Source of the DNA: Limisphaerales bacterium
GTDB lineage: Bacteria; Verrucomicrobiota; Verrucomicrobiia; Limisphaerales; JAJOIW01
DNA length: 64,000 nucleotides
Direction of reading: 5' to 3'
Assembly (NCBI GenBank): GCA_965657355.1
Contig: CBFHOE010000007.1
Location: 160,001 to 224,000, forward strand
How positions within the stretch are numbered: the first letter of the stretch is position 1; the number at the start of each line of letters is the position of its first letter. The position numbers and the translations under genes are program-made. The notes below the pieces were generated by a model that saw only the letters and a program-made list of their open reading frames with translations, did not search any database and was not told where the DNA came from. Positions 10,290 to 19,209 of this stretch are shown here, one piece after another.

Positions 10290-10845
10290 CCCAGAACCCC
10301 CCTTTTTTCAGCCTAGCCCCAAGATCTTTTATGGCGTGATGAAGAATATAGCCAACATTGCTTACTGAGATGCCCATTTGTTGACTAATTTGCTTATACG
10401 AAAAGTCATTTTGAAATTTGAGTTCTACGACTTTCTTAGCCCTTTCGTCCAGGCTGCTCATCTGTGACATGATAAAATCTATAACTTCTTGATATTGGAT
10501 ATAGGAATCAGGGTCCAATGGTACTTCACCATGCTCAAGAAATGCTCTCCGACTGTCTTTTTCTTGATCCTCGAGATAGACTAATTTTTTTCTTTTCCTG
10601 TAGACATTCATGGCCAGGTTATAGACTGTCCTATATAGCCATGGTCTGGGCTTCTCTATCTCATCAAATATGGAATACAATCTCAAGAAAGCTTCCTGAA
10701 CCAAATCCTGGGCCGTTGCTCGATCAGATACCAACCGAATAGCATACGCCATTAGAGGTTTTTCTAAAACCTCAAATAGGCCAGTTAAATCCAGCTGATC
10801 ATAATTACCAGATTCAGACTCTGATCGCGATTCCGTCAGTCCCAT
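10282..10845 (-). CDS. ECF-type RNA polymerase sigma-70 factor
   Basis: Region 2 AQDLVQEAFLRL / PWLYRTVYNL; region 4 LDERAKKVVELKFQNDFSYKQISQQMGISVSNVGYILHHA. Likely start ATG 10845 (ORF track extends to 10920). Confidence 0.92.
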   Translation of the reverse strand: MGLTESRSESESGNYDQLDLTGLFEVLEKPLMAYAIRLVSDRATAQDLVQEAFLRLYSIFDEIEKPRPWLYRTVYNLAMNVYRKRKKLVYLEDQEKDSRRAFLEHGEVPLDPDSYIQYQEVIDFIMSQMSSLDERAKKVVELKFQNDFSYKQISQQMGISVSNVGYILHHAIKDLGARLKKGGFWDE

Positions 10846-10913
10846 TGCATTTGGAAATTTGAGAGCAAATAGAATATGCTCATATATTATATGTAACTTT
10901 AAAAGGATAGGTC

Positions 10914-10939
10914 TTAGCAAAAATTCTTTTTTTTGCTAA
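10914..10939. promoter_or_regulatory. 10-bp inverted repeat between pilD and the sigma gene (possible operator or weak hairpin)
   Basis: TTAGCAAAAA-ttcttt-TTTTTGCTAA; no U-tract after it on the coding (-) strand. Confidence 0.3.
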
Positions 10940-10953
10940 AAAAACGAAATATT

Positions 10954-12105
10954 TCAAAACGGCCAGATGTTCCCCGTAGCGATGTATTGTTCGAGCCACC
11001 ACTTACCTCCAAAGATATAGATTATCGCAGCAACCGAAATGTACGGTCCAAATGGGATTCTTGATGACCATTCTCGACGTTTAAAAAGTATGAGGCTGAG
11101 GCCCACTACAGAACCAAGTATAGAGCTCAACATAATAGTGAAGAACACTGATTTCCACCCCAAAAAGGCACCTATGGCCGCCATATATTTGACATCCCCA
11201 AACCCCATGGCTTCCTGTGGTTGTATGATTTCATCCGTTTCGACCTCCATCTGGGGAACTTCTTCGGGTTTCCATTGCTCTTCGGCAATTGTTAAAAGAG
11301 AAGGACTGAGAACGACTTCTGTGTTAAAAAAACAACGATCTGGGAGGACGACCTGGGTAGCCACCATGCGCAGTTTATCTGACTCTCGGTAAAAAATATC
11401 ATGATAAGGTGTTTCCATTTCATCACTTCCTGCTACGGAGATCCCGGTTTCAGAAAATAATAATTTCGTCCCACTAGGATAGCTGATTTTTTTCTTACCA
11501 AACGCAAATTTGCCCAGTCTAAGAATCGCATACAGTAATCCCCACCCCAGGGCTATTCCTAATAAACTATCAATCATGGATTCCACATTAGAGTCCATTC
11601 CATGGAGTTTAGGCACACCAAAAGATAGAAAAAACCCCACAACAATCCCTCCCAAAGTGATAGAATCTGGAATGATATAATGTTCAAAATCTACCCAGGT
11701 AGCGACGAGCAAACCACAAAGGAAAAGAGAAATACTTAAGACGAATAAATGCGAGGGCAGGAGGTCTTCAATGTTTCCAAACTTAGCCCAGGCCCCTGTA
11801 AATATCCCGCCTGTCAAAATCTCGACAATCAAATATTGAGGTGAAATCCTCTTTCCACAATGACTACATTTCCCACGTAATATTATCCAGGTCGCTATGG
11901 GAATATTAAGATAAAATGGGATTTTGTAATCGCAGCTAGGGCAATGAGAAGGCGGATGCACTACGCTCAAATCCCGAGGAAGTCTGTAAATACATACATT
12001 AAGAAAACTTCCCACCATGGAGCCAAAAATAAAATAGACCACCAACCAAAATTCAAATGGTAAACGGGTCCAAGTTTCAGGATCTAACGCAGCTAGAGCT
12101 AACAT
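10954..12105 (-). CDS. pilD: Type IV prepilin peptidase / N-methyltransferase with an internal insertion
   Basis: GSFLNVCIYRLP, HCPSC...KCSHC zinc site, VDFEHYIIPD, AMGFGDVK, IPFGPY. Confidence 0.92.
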   Translation of the reverse strand: MLALAALDPETWTRLPFEFWLVVYFIFGSMVGSFLNVCIYRLPRDLSVVHPPSHCPSCDYKIPFYLNIPIATWIILRGKCSHCGKRISPQYLIVEILTGGIFTGAWAKFGNIEDLLPSHLFVLSISLFLCGLLVATWVDFEHYIIPDSITLGGIVVGFFLSFGVPKLHGMDSNVESMIDSLLGIALGWGLLYAILRLGKFAFGKKKISYPSGTKLLFSETGISVAGSDEMETPYHDIFYRESDKLRMVATQVVLPDRCFFNTEVVLSPSLLTIAEEQWKPEEVPQMEVETDEIIQPQEAMGFGDVKYMAAIGAFLGWKSVFFTIMLSSILGSVVGLSLILFKRREWSSRIPFGPYISVAAIIYIFGGKWWLEQYIATGNIWPF

Positions 12106-12157
12106 TGATTTAAAGTGATTGACTTACTGTGTTCGGATTAAATAAATAAAACATAAA

Positions 12158-13096
12158 TTATGAGCATGCCTTTTTGTATACATGCTGATGAAGCGCCTTT
12201 TTCATGACGTCTACAGGGACTTTTTGCTGTGACCAAATTTCCAGCGCCGCAACTCCTTGATAAAGTAACATTCCAAGACCGTTAGCTATTTGACATCCAT
12301 GCTCTTTTGCCAATTTGAGGAAAGGTGTCTCTGGTGGCTGATAAATCATGTCAAAGGCATATCGAATTTTAGAAAAATCGATAGCCGTTTGATCAAAAGG
12401 AAGTGAATCATTTGGCTTTAACCCAAGGGATGTAGCATTGATGATAAGGTCTATATTTGAGTTTTTTCCAGGATAACCAACGTTTGTATGAATACCCTGG
12501 TAATTATGATCAATAAACTCCTTTAGCTCGTGACACTTTTCGACGGTTCTGTTGACTAAATATAAATCAGCCACTTTTTCATCCGCCAATTTCAGTGCCG
12601 CAACTCTCCCTGCCCCACCGGCCCCAAGTAGAATGACAGATTTCCCATTCAGCTCTATACTAAGATCTTCCTTTATGGCCCGGATAACTGCATTTGCATC
12701 AGTATTGTAACCAATCATTCGGGTTTCAGAAAACTCATCCGAATTAAGCTGCCAGACAGGCACCCAATTACCGCCTGAAGACTTACCTTCAAATCGAACT
12801 GTGTTTACAGCCCCCCACCTTTTTGCGCTGGCATCAAGATGGTCCATCATATCAAGCGCAAGTAATTTGTGAGGCACCGTCAGATTCATCCCAACAAATC
12901 CCATATGTTTTGCACCATTAAGAACTTCTTTCAATTGATTTGGGGGCACCTCAAAGGCAAGGTAATTCCAGTCTAGCCCCATATCCTCCATCGCGGGGTT
13001 GTGCATCGCTGGAGACCCACTATGCTTTATCGGAAAGCCAAGAACCCCACAATACTTTGTTGTAGCTTTTATTTGATTAAACTGAAACCCGGTCAT
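12158..13096 (-). CDS. aroE: Shikimate dehydrogenase
   Basis: HSGSPAMHN, GMNLTVPHK, GAVNTV, GYNTD, LGAGGAG, NRT, INATSLG, DMIYQP, NGLGMLLYQG. Confidence 0.93.
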   Translation of the reverse strand: MTGFQFNQIKATTKYCGVLGFPIKHSGSPAMHNPAMEDMGLDWNYLAFEVPPNQLKEVLNGAKHMGFVGMNLTVPHKLLALDMMDHLDASAKRWGAVNTVRFEGKSSGGNWVPVWQLNSDEFSETRMIGYNTDANAVIRAIKEDLSIELNGKSVILLGAGGAGRVAALKLADEKVADLYLVNRTVEKCHELKEFIDHNYQGIHTNVGYPGKNSNIDLIINATSLGLKPNDSLPFDQTAIDFSKIRYAFDMIYQPPETPFLKLAKEHGCQIANGLGMLLYQGVAALEIWSQQKVPVDVMKKALHQHVYKKACS

Positions 13097-13181
13097 TCAA
13101 GTGCTCACCTTATCCCATATCGTTGAAACAGACCAGTGTATTAAGCAGACCCCGTCGCTAGAGCAATTCAGGGGGCTTTAC

Positions 13182-13217
13182 AAAAAAAATGAAGTGAAAT
13201 TAAATTCACTTCATTTT
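13182..13217 (-). terminator. Rho-independent terminator after the DUF1800/DUF1501 operon
   Basis: 13-bp perfect stem AAAATGAAGTGAA (13186-13198) / TTCACTTCATTTT (13205-13217), 6-nt loop, followed by a T-run on the minus strand, about 36 nt after the DUF1501 stop. Confidence 0.75.
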
Positions 13218-13253
13218 CTATCACAACTATTGAATGTAAAGCCCAACAAATAC

Positions 13254-14621
13254 TTAGATAAATCCTAGGGATGTAAATTCCGTTGGATCGTCAATTTTAG
13301 CTATGGAATAGGCCGGAATAATCTCGTCCAGGTTGTCTTCATCAACACCGAAATGACCAGTAAAAATATCTCCAAAAACGCAGCGAAAATCAGTCCTGCG
13401 AGAGAGATAACGGTCATTTACCTGAAATATTGGACTATCGGTCCAGGTGGAAGCATCACAATTGTAAACTCCGCCTTTTATTCCTCCTCCGGCAACAAAC
13501 ATAGATGTCGCTTCCGCGTGATCTGTTCCACGACTATCGTTTTCTTTTGAAGTTCTTCCGAACTCTGTCATGGAAACAATGATCAGATCATCCCATATAT
13601 CTTGAAGGTCCCTGTACAAAGCTTGATATCCAGATGCCACATCGTATAGGAGATTCCCATGTTTACCGTTGATTTGCCCTTGGTTGTTATGCGTATCCCA
13701 ACCGCCTATGTTGACTCCTAGAACCTTGACATCTGTTCTTTTGAGAAGCATTGCACACTGTTCCAATTTGTTCCCGAAACTATCGTCCATGTATGTTGCA
13801 CCGTTTTGTGGTGTATATGGGCCCTGGTCAACAGCATTTTGCAGTGTTTCCATGGTAGCTCCTAGCAACTCTCCAGTGCCATGAACGAGGTTTCTATATT
13901 TTTTACCAATCAGATCATGCGCACCTGTGTATAAACCAAGGATACCCGAACCTCTGTTTCCATCTACGCCTGGAGCACCGAGTAGCTTCCTTGATGCTTC
14001 AGAGGAACCAGGAAATCTGAATTGCTCTGCCCTGCGGAAGTTTGGAATAGCCTTGGGGCCTTTTAATGCGACTAATTGCGAACCTCCCGTGATACCCGCG
14101 GCTATGAAACTATTTTCCTTCGAACTGAAATCATAATTATTTGCGAGGTACCTGTAGAACATTCCTTCCTCTAATCCGTCATTTCCAGGCAATCCATTTT
14201 CCCAATATTGCTGGCTTGAAAAATGGGATCGCGACTGCCCCGAGTATCCGACCCGGTGAATGACAGCCAAATTGCCAGGACCTTCAAGCCCGTTGAGTGC
14301 GGAATTATTATATATCTCCATCATTGGCTCCATTCTCGGATGAAGCTGCGCAAACCCGTTACCAAGATCTAGCCCAAGATCTTCTGGTATATATAATGTC
14401 GGGCGGGTCGTCGTAGAATAATCGCTGTCCCCTCGTGGGATGACTGTGTTGAGACCATCGTTCCCTCCTCGCTGAAAAATGAAAATCATTTTTTTGTTAT
14501 CCAGCGCGCCAGCATCGGCTGCCATTAAATTTCTAGTAAAGAGATTGAGGGGACTGTTCATAGCAACCCCAAGCCCTGCACTAAGTAATCCTGATGATTT
14601 GATAAATTCTCTGCGTTTCAT
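13254..14621 (-). CDS. DUF1501 family protein, Tat-exported
   Basis: MKRREFIK twin-arginine leader; IFQRGGNDGLNTVIP, SRSHF, GGWDTH, TEFGRT..N...GTDH. Confidence 0.9.
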   Translation of the reverse strand: MKRREFIKSSGLLSAGLGVAMNSPLNLFTRNLMAADAGALDNKKMIFIFQRGGNDGLNTVIPRGDSDYSTTTRPTLYIPEDLGLDLGNGFAQLHPRMEPMMEIYNNSALNGLEGPGNLAVIHRVGYSGQSRSHFSSQQYWENGLPGNDGLEEGMFYRYLANNYDFSSKENSFIAAGITGGSQLVALKGPKAIPNFRRAEQFRFPGSSEASRKLLGAPGVDGNRGSGILGLYTGAHDLIGKKYRNLVHGTGELLGATMETLQNAVDQGPYTPQNGATYMDDSFGNKLEQCAMLLKRTDVKVLGVNIGGWDTHNNQGQINGKHGNLLYDVASGYQALYRDLQDIWDDLIIVSMTEFGRTSKENDSRGTDHAEATSMFVAGGGIKGGVYNCDASTWTDSPIFQVNDRYLSRRTDFRCVFGDIFTGHFGVDEDNLDEIIPAYSIAKIDDPTEFTSLGFI

Positions 14622-14673
14622 TTCTTTTTCCTTATCTAATTCCAGTTTTTAGTTTTTATCTTGAAGTTGAAAA

Positions 14674-17600
14674 TTATTGGTATTGCCAATGAGGAGATGA
14701 AAAGAGGAGACCAATGAGCCCACCGACTCTTCGATAGTAATCAGAATATCTCCTTGTTAGGGGGCGCCTTCTTCCTTGGACATTGGTTTCTGCATACTCT
14801 ATGAACAATTGAATATTTTCTTCTCCAAGTGTCCCTTGGAATAAATGCTTATCGAAAAATCGAACAATTTCATCAGCTGTCTCCAGGTTATTCTTCTCGA
14901 GAAACTCAGCAGGGTCCCAAGAAACATCATCGTCACCGTTAGAAGATATACGGTTCGCAAAGTTAATGCGCTCCAACAAAGCAGAGGTACTTATCCAATC
15001 GAATCCGTATTCAGACCACCCGTCAGGTTCATCTCGAGTGAACAAATGCATCCCCATTTCATCATTGTAATCAGGTAAAGGTGTTTCTTTAATTTCACCT
15101 TCAATGGCTCTTATTGAGCTGTTGATATACTCAATTGGGGTTTTGACTTTACTTCGATAATATGAGTTTGACCAAAATGGACCAGACATATCCTCAGGGT
15201 CCAAAATCACCTTCATCACCTCCCCAATATGGCCACCGGTAGTTTTCCATACTTCCATGCATTCTTGAAGAAGTTCAACAAGATCAACTGGTGCTTCACC
15301 TAAATGATAAGTTTCTAATGTGATATCATCTGAAACGAATTTGTTGATAAGTTTGATGCAAATAAATTCTCTAGTCGAAATGTGATTAGCCATCATTTTA
15401 ATGACGTCCTGAGCATCCTTGAGTCCTTCCAAACCACGTCTACCACTTGGCACAACCATTTCCCAGTCAGTGTCCTTGAAGAGCGTTTTTTCTCCACGGT
15501 CGTGATCATCGGGATTAAAACGAAAAGCCCATGCTCCGTTGGCATCTCCATTTTCAATGCTCCCTTCTACCAAGTTTCGTTTTACGATCTTGGGCAGAAT
15601 TGACAAATCGGAACTCGTCAAGTTCACATTGTGCCCTTGGATCGCGATAACATTTTCAGCACCCTCAAAATTAAGGATGTCGGAAAACAGGGCTAAAGAA
15701 ATGGTTTCATAATTCCCACGTGCTTCGTGATTTCTGGAGGCAAGTTCATCGAATGCGGGTGGATAACCAGCCATTTCCATTGATTGACTTCTTGAAATTT
15801 CCACTCCATTCAGATAAGCGACGTATCCATCATCGTAATCTATGGCAAATACCAGATTCTTGAGATCCTCAGGGCTTTCGAGTTTGAAAGATTTACGTAG
15901 ATAGACAGAAGCGTAATTTCCTCTCATATCGGAGAGTCTTGTTCTGTCATCCCTGTCTCCATAACCAATACCAGTCCTTCCCCTGAGCCATTTACTATCA
16001 TCGTAGTCTATTTGAGCCCAGCGCGTTGTGGGTGCCCCGGTATTATCAGGGGTCGGCTCCAGAGTTCCTTTGGAATACCTCCAAATACTACTCAGTGGAA
16101 CAATGTTCTCTTCATCAAACTCTACATTAGGAGTTGTAAATGGATTAGTTGCGCTTTCTGGATAAGGTTTTAGATCTTGAGGCCAAACCTTTCTCACAGT
16201 CCACCCAGTAAAGCATCTGGCAAGCTCTTCAATATCCTCCTGGTCATATCTATTGTCGACCCCAAAGGCAAAAAGTTCGAGAATTTCTCGAGCATAATTT
16301 TCGTTTGGGCCCGTTTTTGTATTAGTTATATTGTCCAGATAAATAAGCTGAGGGACACTAGTCGCGCTATACATCAAGAGATCCTCGAATTTACCGAGCG
16401 CATTATTAAAGAAGAAATCGTATTCTAAATATTCCGCCTGAGAAGCTTCTGAGCGAGCTTGATTTCGACTCATGGCTTCTTGACCATTTGAGTTATCCAA
16501 ATCCTCGAAATAGTCTGCGACCTTATCATAATCAGTGGTGAAATGGTTTTCCCAAAACTCTCCTAAAACGGCTTGAAGCTGATTTGGAGCGTATATCCCT
16601 CTGACATGCGCCAGCTGTTGAAGACTTGATATTCCGGAAATTCGCTGCACCGGAGGGACGTCTAAAGATGTCCTTGTGAACAATTCAGCAATCATGGAGG
16701 CGTCACTACTTGTTAGTTCCACGTTGTGAGTTTGAATCGCTATGACATTCACTCCCTCATTGAGGTATTTAAGCTTATCAGTGATGTCGAACTCTTCAAA
16801 CCCGCGAGCTTCGTGTCCATCAGTGGCCGGAGAATTATAAAAGGAAGAATCTACATTTGCCTTTGCAACAAGGCGCCCGTTGATCCATGCAACAAAACCA
16901 TCGTCGTAATTGACTCGAAGTATCAATTTTTCAATTTCATCAGCTTCGAAAATGACGAATTTCTTTCTGATGGCAAACGTGAGATACCCGTCTGGGTTTT
17001 CTTCAGTTTGTCTCATGTCTTCAAAATAAGTATTGTCATCTCCATCACCATATCCAAAACCAGCGGGTCCTTTTGGCCAGCTTGAATCATCAAAATCCAT
17101 TTTTCTCCAGTTGGAAGGTGGTGCGGAAGTCCCCTTGCGGTACGACCATTGTGAAAACCTGGGAACAAGAATGCCTTCTTTACTGGGTTGGTATTGTTCA
17201 AAAAGATCATTCTCAGTCCGATGCAAAACGACCGATTCCGATTCTGATATAAGACCGGGGCTTAATTGCTGGCTGACGTAGCTTGAAATTCCAGATTCAT
17301 CAATTTCAAGTAGAGTAGAAACTGTTGGACCATATGCTATCCTATTGAGCAGATGTCCGGGCCGGTTGGAAGATGAAATTAGATCCAGAGTTATTTGCCC
17401 ATCAAACTTAAAGTGGTCTTCCCCGGTATATTCAGCTTCCGGCTGGGAACCTCCAGATACGAGCCTGAGCACCAGGAATACATTTTTTCGGGGTTCAGGG
17501 ATGGATATTTGCAGTGATCCCCCGGCTTTTCCCAGTGGCCCTGAAACGACGTTAGGACCTCCAGTGAAATTGATATCCGTCCGCTCCTCAAGAACGGCCC

Positions 17601-17775
17601 AGTCATATCCAGGCGGCAAGGATGCATTTATCGTCAAATTCCCGGCTTCAAGAACCGAATTCTCGACATTCAGTCGATTCGATTGCCCATTTACAGGCAG
17701 ATTACCCGAGCAAACCAGCACCAATGATAAGACCGTGGCTTTGACAAAACGGCCCAAAATTCTAGTATTTTTCAT
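14674..17775 (-). CDS. DUF1800 family protein with two inserted galactose-binding-like beta-sandwich modules
   Basis: HLLNRIAYG, QLQAVLGEFWENHF, YLDN, PNENYAREILELF, ARCFTGW, KVKTPIE, PDGW, ERINFA; signal peptide; directly upstream of DUF1501. Confidence 0.88.
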   Translation of the reverse strand: MKNTRILGRFVKATVLSLVLVCSGNLPVNGQSNRLNVENSVLEAGNLTINASLPPGYDWAVLEERTDINFTGGPNVVSGPLGKAGGSLQISIPEPRKNVFLVLRLVSGGSQPEAEYTGEDHFKFDGQITLDLISSSNRPGHLLNRIAYGPTVSTLLEIDESGISSYVSQQLSPGLISESESVVLHRTENDLFEQYQPSKEGILVPRFSQWSYRKGTSAPPSNWRKMDFDDSSWPKGPAGFGYGDGDDNTYFEDMRQTEENPDGYLTFAIRKKFVIFEADEIEKLILRVNYDDGFVAWINGRLVAKANVDSSFYNSPATDGHEARGFEEFDITDKLKYLNEGVNVIAIQTHNVELTSSDASMIAELFTRTSLDVPPVQRISGISSLQQLAHVRGIYAPNQLQAVLGEFWENHFTTDYDKVADYFEDLDNSNGQEAMSRNQARSEASQAEYLEYDFFFNNALGKFEDLLMYSATSVPQLIYLDNITNTKTGPNENYAREILELFAFGVDNRYDQEDIEELARCFTGWTVRKVWPQDLKPYPESATNPFTTPNVEFDEENIVPLSSIWRYSKGTLEPTPDNTGAPTTRWAQIDYDDSKWLRGRTGIGYGDRDDRTRLSDMRGNYASVYLRKSFKLESPEDLKNLVFAIDYDDGYVAYLNGVEISRSQSMEMAGYPPAFDELASRNHEARGNYETISLALFSDILNFEGAENVIAIQGHNVNLTSSDLSILPKIVKRNLVEGSIENGDANGAWAFRFNPDDHDRGEKTLFKDTDWEMVVPSGRRGLEGLKDAQDVIKMMANHISTREFICIKLINKFVSDDITLETYHLGEAPVDLVELLQECMEVWKTTGGHIGEVMKVILDPEDMSGPFWSNSYYRSKVKTPIEYINSSIRAIEGEIKETPLPDYNDEMGMHLFTRDEPDGWSEYGFDWISTSALLERINFANRISSNGDDDVSWDPAEFLEKNNLETADEIVRFFDKHLFQGTLGEENIQLFIEYAETNVQGRRRPLTRRYSDYYRRVGGLIGLLFSSPHWQYQ

Positions 17776-18065
17776 CTAAATATTGCCTAACCTGAAATTC
17801 TACCCAAAGTGGCACACTCAGCTATCTGCCCTGGAATTGAACGGTCCATGAACCTTGATTTTGGACCGTGAAAGCCTCGTAACAACCACTAAATATACAT
17901 AGCATATACAATGAAACTGCGCTAGAGGGTCCCGTAGGAAATTTTAAAATAATTTCAATCTAGGCGCTCAACCACGAAATGCCATCTCAACAAAGCGGAA
18001 GATTTAAGGACAAATTAACAGATAATTCGGGAAAAATTGGAAAAATGTAAACAATAGTTAAAAAA

Positions 18066-19151
18066 TCAACGATTGAGGTCGGATACGGATCCTGATTTAA
18101 CTTCCCAAAATTTCCAATTATTGGACTTCTCCTTTAAAGAGTCTGCATCTGTGGACGTAAGAAATACCTGAGAACCGCCATGATTTACGCTCTCAAGCAG
18201 AGGAATAAAAGCCGCTTTTCTCACCTTATCGAGTTCACCAAAAACATCATCGATTAATAAAATTGGAGGGTATCCAAACATCTGTTTTAAAAGTTCAACT
18301 TGAGAGAGTTTTAATGCAATAACGATGGACCTCTGTTGCCCTTCACTGGCAAAAGTATCGGCTTGGAGGTTATTTATGGTTAGTGATAGATCGTCCCGAT
18401 GCGGGCCAACAGAAGTCGTCCCGTATTGTATGTCTCTTTTTTGGGCCCTGTTGAGTTCCCCTTCAAAGTCTTCTTTTACACTTGGTTTATAGGTGATTTG
18501 CAAACTCTCTTCTCCACCTGAAGTAATCTGGGAGATTGAATTACGAGTTAGGGAGTTGAGCCTCGGGACCAAAGCTCTTCTCGTTTGGATTAAATTATTA
18601 CCAAGCTTGACCAACTGGTAAGAAAAAGACTCTAACAAAGCAGAATCAATAGTGCTTCTTTTGAGTAAAGAATTTCGATGTTTCAGCGCTCTGGCATAGG
18701 CTTGGAGATTTTCCAAATAGCCAACTTCAATTTGGGTGCAAATGAGGTCTAGAAATCTTCTTCTAAATCTACCTGAACCTCGAACCAATTGAATGTCTTC
18801 AGATGAAAAAATCACGCCCTTGATTACCCCGAGATAGTCCTTGAGAGAAGCGACTGGTTCCTCGTTCAGGCTAAGTTTTCGACCATCATTTCCCCAATAA
18901 TATTTCACACGCGCCTCAATCTCACTTTGAACAATCCCTCCAATAAAATAACCTTTCTGGTTTTTCAAAACCATATCTTGGTGCCTGGAACCACGGTAGG
19001 ATTTCATCGTAACCAGCATATAGATTGCTTCGAGGAGATTTGATTTACCCTGCCCATTTATGCCAACTAATGCATTCACGCCCGAGCCTACCGACCAATC
19101 AAGTCGTCGATAATTTCGAAAGGACCTTAATTTCAACTCTTTAAGCAACAT
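18066..19151 (-). CDS. recF: DNA replication/repair protein RecF
   Basis: FRNY, GINGQGKSNLLEAI, RRRFLD, GPHRDDL, ASEGQQRS, LLIDDVFGELD. Confidence 0.95.
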   Translation of the reverse strand: MLLKELKLRSFRNYRRLDWSVGSGVNALVGINGQGKSNLLEAIYMLVTMKSYRGSRHQDMVLKNQKGYFIGGIVQSEIEARVKYYWGNDGRKLSLNEEPVASLKDYLGVIKGVIFSSEDIQLVRGSGRFRRRFLDLICTQIEVGYLENLQAYARALKHRNSLLKRSTIDSALLESFSYQLVKLGNNLIQTRRALVPRLNSLTRNSISQITSGGEESLQITYKPSVKEDFEGELNRAQKRDIQYGTTSVGPHRDDLSLTINNLQADTFASEGQQRSIVIALKLSQVELLKQMFGYPPILLIDDVFGELDKVRKAAFIPLLESVNHGGSQVFLTSTDADSLKEKSNNWKFWEVKSGSVSDLNR

Positions 19152-19209
19152 GAATAAATTTCACGATTAAGAAAGAAGGACGATATTCAGGGCAGCAAAA
19201 GGAACCTTA

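Noticed and set aside
10881..10893. CATATA-T-TATATG palindrome upstream of the sigma gene, and a possible autoregulatory ECF promoter
   Set aside because: Low-complexity AT sequence; no convincing ECF -35/-10 pair found by eye
18066..19151. recF as a marker of the replication origin
   Set aside because: No dnaA, dnaN or gyrB adjacent and no DnaA-box cluster noticed
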